This document shows positions 62,049-64,000 of a DNA stretch of 64,000 nt, in pieces; within the stretch, counting starts at the first letter, position 1; each line of letters begins with the position of its first letter. Both the position numbers and the translations under genes were made by a program. The stretch covers positions 617,915-681,914 of the forward strand of contig RHPI01000671.1 of assembly GCA_009103225.1 (NCBI GenBank), in the 5' to 3' direction. The notes below the pieces were generated by a model. That model saw only the letters and a program-made list of their open reading frames with translations, was not told where the DNA came from and ran no database searches. Origin of the DNA: Chlorokybus atmophyticus (Eukaryota; Plantae; Mesostigma and Chlorokybus algae).

Positions 62049-64000
62049 ATGGCGCCTGCGGCTTCTTCAACGTCGACGCCGCCGACGGTGAGGAGGTCGG
62101 CGCGGTTGCCGGCGGCGAGGAGGTTGACAGGGGTGCCACCGTCAGGGGCGCCGCCGCAGCCATCGGCGGCGATGTCATCCACCAGGAGGTTGTCATTGGG
62201 TACGGCACGAGGCGTCATGGTAGCAGCTTCTGCCTCTCAACCTACCCAGCGCAGCACCGGAGCGCCAGCAGGCGGAGGGGGAGGCAGCAGCAGCAATGCC
62301 GCCCCTGAGATGACCGGCCGGGTGGGCGTCTTCGTCCGCGTGCGGCCCCTCTCCGCCGCTGAGATGGCCGCTGGGCTGGCGTCCTGCGTGGATGTATGCG
62401 ACAATGAGGTCAGATCCAGCATTACGCCCCACCTCCTTGGCGCGAGCATGCGTCATCTTTTCTGAGAACAACGTTCAAGTTGTTCCTAGGAACCACTTGA
62501 ACGATATTCCTAGCAAGTTGTTCATAGCTATAGATTTTTCCAACGTTGATCATGGCTTGTTGTCCAGAGCAGGCGTAGTCACGCATACGCATGGTCACGC
62601 GCATACGTGCACACGCACATACACACAGACATGCATACGTGCACCCATATACACAAACACGCACGCACGCACCTTCTTTGCTATCATCAACAGCAGTATA
62701 GCCATCACATTGCACTACAACACCAATACCACATCGTTGTGATGACTGCAACTGCACATTAGCATCATTGCCCTCAATGTCTACGAATCCATGCTAAGCA
62801 ACATGCTGCGCTGAACTGGTGAGCTTATGGCAACTGAACGATGCATGGCTGCTGCAGGTTTTGGTGACAGAGCGTTGCGGTGAGCGCGATTACCTTCGTG
62901 CCAACCGCGAGCGTGGCCGCCGCTTCACCTTCGACGCAGTCTTTCCGCAAGAAGCTGGCCAGCGTGATGTGTACATTGGCGGGTAAGTGTCCACATACAT
63001 TGATGGATAAAGCAGGACAACACAGCATTTACAGTAGCAGCAGCCAGACTCTTGCACATTGCAGAGCTGCTGATGTGGTGGACTCGGTGCTGTCTGGAGG
63101 CCGCGCGTGCGTGTTCTGCTATGGTGCCACGGGAGCGGGCAAAACACATACGATGCTCGGGACCAGAGATGACCCGGGGGTCATGCTGCTGGCACTCCAG
63201 GTATGCCTATTGCTCTACATGTGCCTGCAGCAGGCTGCCTCCGGCTTGTTTTGTGAGATCCTTCTTGCTCTCTGCTTCACAGGACTTATTTTCTTCCGGG
63301 AGAGGCGTGCTGCGCATGTCATACATGGAGGTGTACAATGAAGTGCTCCACGACCTGCTGTCGCCTCAAACAGCTGGTAGCGCCCTCTCCCTCCGCGAAG
63401 ACCCGGTGCAGGTGTGTTCGCAAGTGCACACTGGCCTACACACATGCATAAACCCATGCCCACTTGCGCACATGCACCCTTGCCCACAGCACCATCACGC
63501 ATGCACACACCGTTAAGATTTTTGTAACCATAAGCTGCGTGCATGCAGGCATGCACGTGTACGCGCACATACACGCACGCAAACGCACAGTGCTGACTTG
63601 CATGTTGCTTTGCAGGGTGTAATGGTGGCGGGGTTGACACAACACGCCGTCGAGTCTGTGCAGGAGGCCATGGCGCTTCTTCATGCGGGTAACAGCCGTC
63701 GCACGACGGAACCCACCAGGGCAAACCAGACGTCGTCACGTTCACATGCCATCCTGCAGGTAGGACAACTTGCGTTGGTTGTTGCGGTGTTGTACAAGTG
63801 TTGAGCAAGGATTGTGCAGATCTTGGTTGAGACGAGAAATGAGGAGGGGCGCATGGTTTATGGCAAGCTGTCGCTCATTGATCTTGCTGGTTCGGAGCGG
63901 GCGGCCGCCACTGATCGGGTATGTGTCATTCTGTCACAACTAAGCACCTGAGTCGCACATGCACACGGCATTGCCCACGCACACGCACATGTGGCCCCCC
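62049..64000 (+). CDS. Kinesin-8 family motor (KIF18/KIF19-like), truncated by window end
   Basis: [10 protein letters not shown]; [16 protein letters not shown]; [15 protein letters not shown]; LREDP|GVMVAGLT; [24 protein letters not shown]; [17 protein letters not shown]. The [15 protein letters not shown] and [10 protein letters not shown] signatures are typical of kinesin-8. Confidence 0.9.

Overview
Nuclear DNA of a green alga (Viridiplantae). Evidence: intron-rich GT-AG genes, a starch synthase with a transit-peptide-like N-terminus, telo-box motifs, and the standard genetic code (BiP ends HDEL-TAG, GRP94 ends RDEL-TAA). The lineage cannot be fixed from sequence alone. Supported genes in order: DPH7 (3' part), an AAAP amino-acid transporter, the arsenosugar radical-SAM gene arsS head-to-head with an RDH-type SDR (only 99 bp between ATGs), PP1 catalytic subunit, a TMEM104-like transporter, a kinesin, BiP head-to-head with GRP94/HSP90B, an SSIV/SSVI-type starch synthase, and RLP24 head-to-head with a kinesin-8 (cut by the window end). 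The first 16 kb is an accessory zone. It holds a segmental duplication carrying the DPH7 last exon plus an F-box gene (both F-box copies disabled), a decayed DD35D pogo/Fot-like transposon, AT-rich DNA and several tandem duplications. Further degenerate coding-like segments lie at about 32-34, 42-43.5 and 53-55 kb. Main highlights: the arsS/SDR pair sharing a palindromic (AGCTC)n/(GAGCT)n spacer, a perfect 36-bp nested hairpin in a GRP94 intron, pentamer arrays and CpG islands marking gene starts, and a 13-nt microexon plus a GC-AG intron in the SDR. Gene coordinates are start-to-stop spans including introns. Exons were read by eye and no database search was possible.
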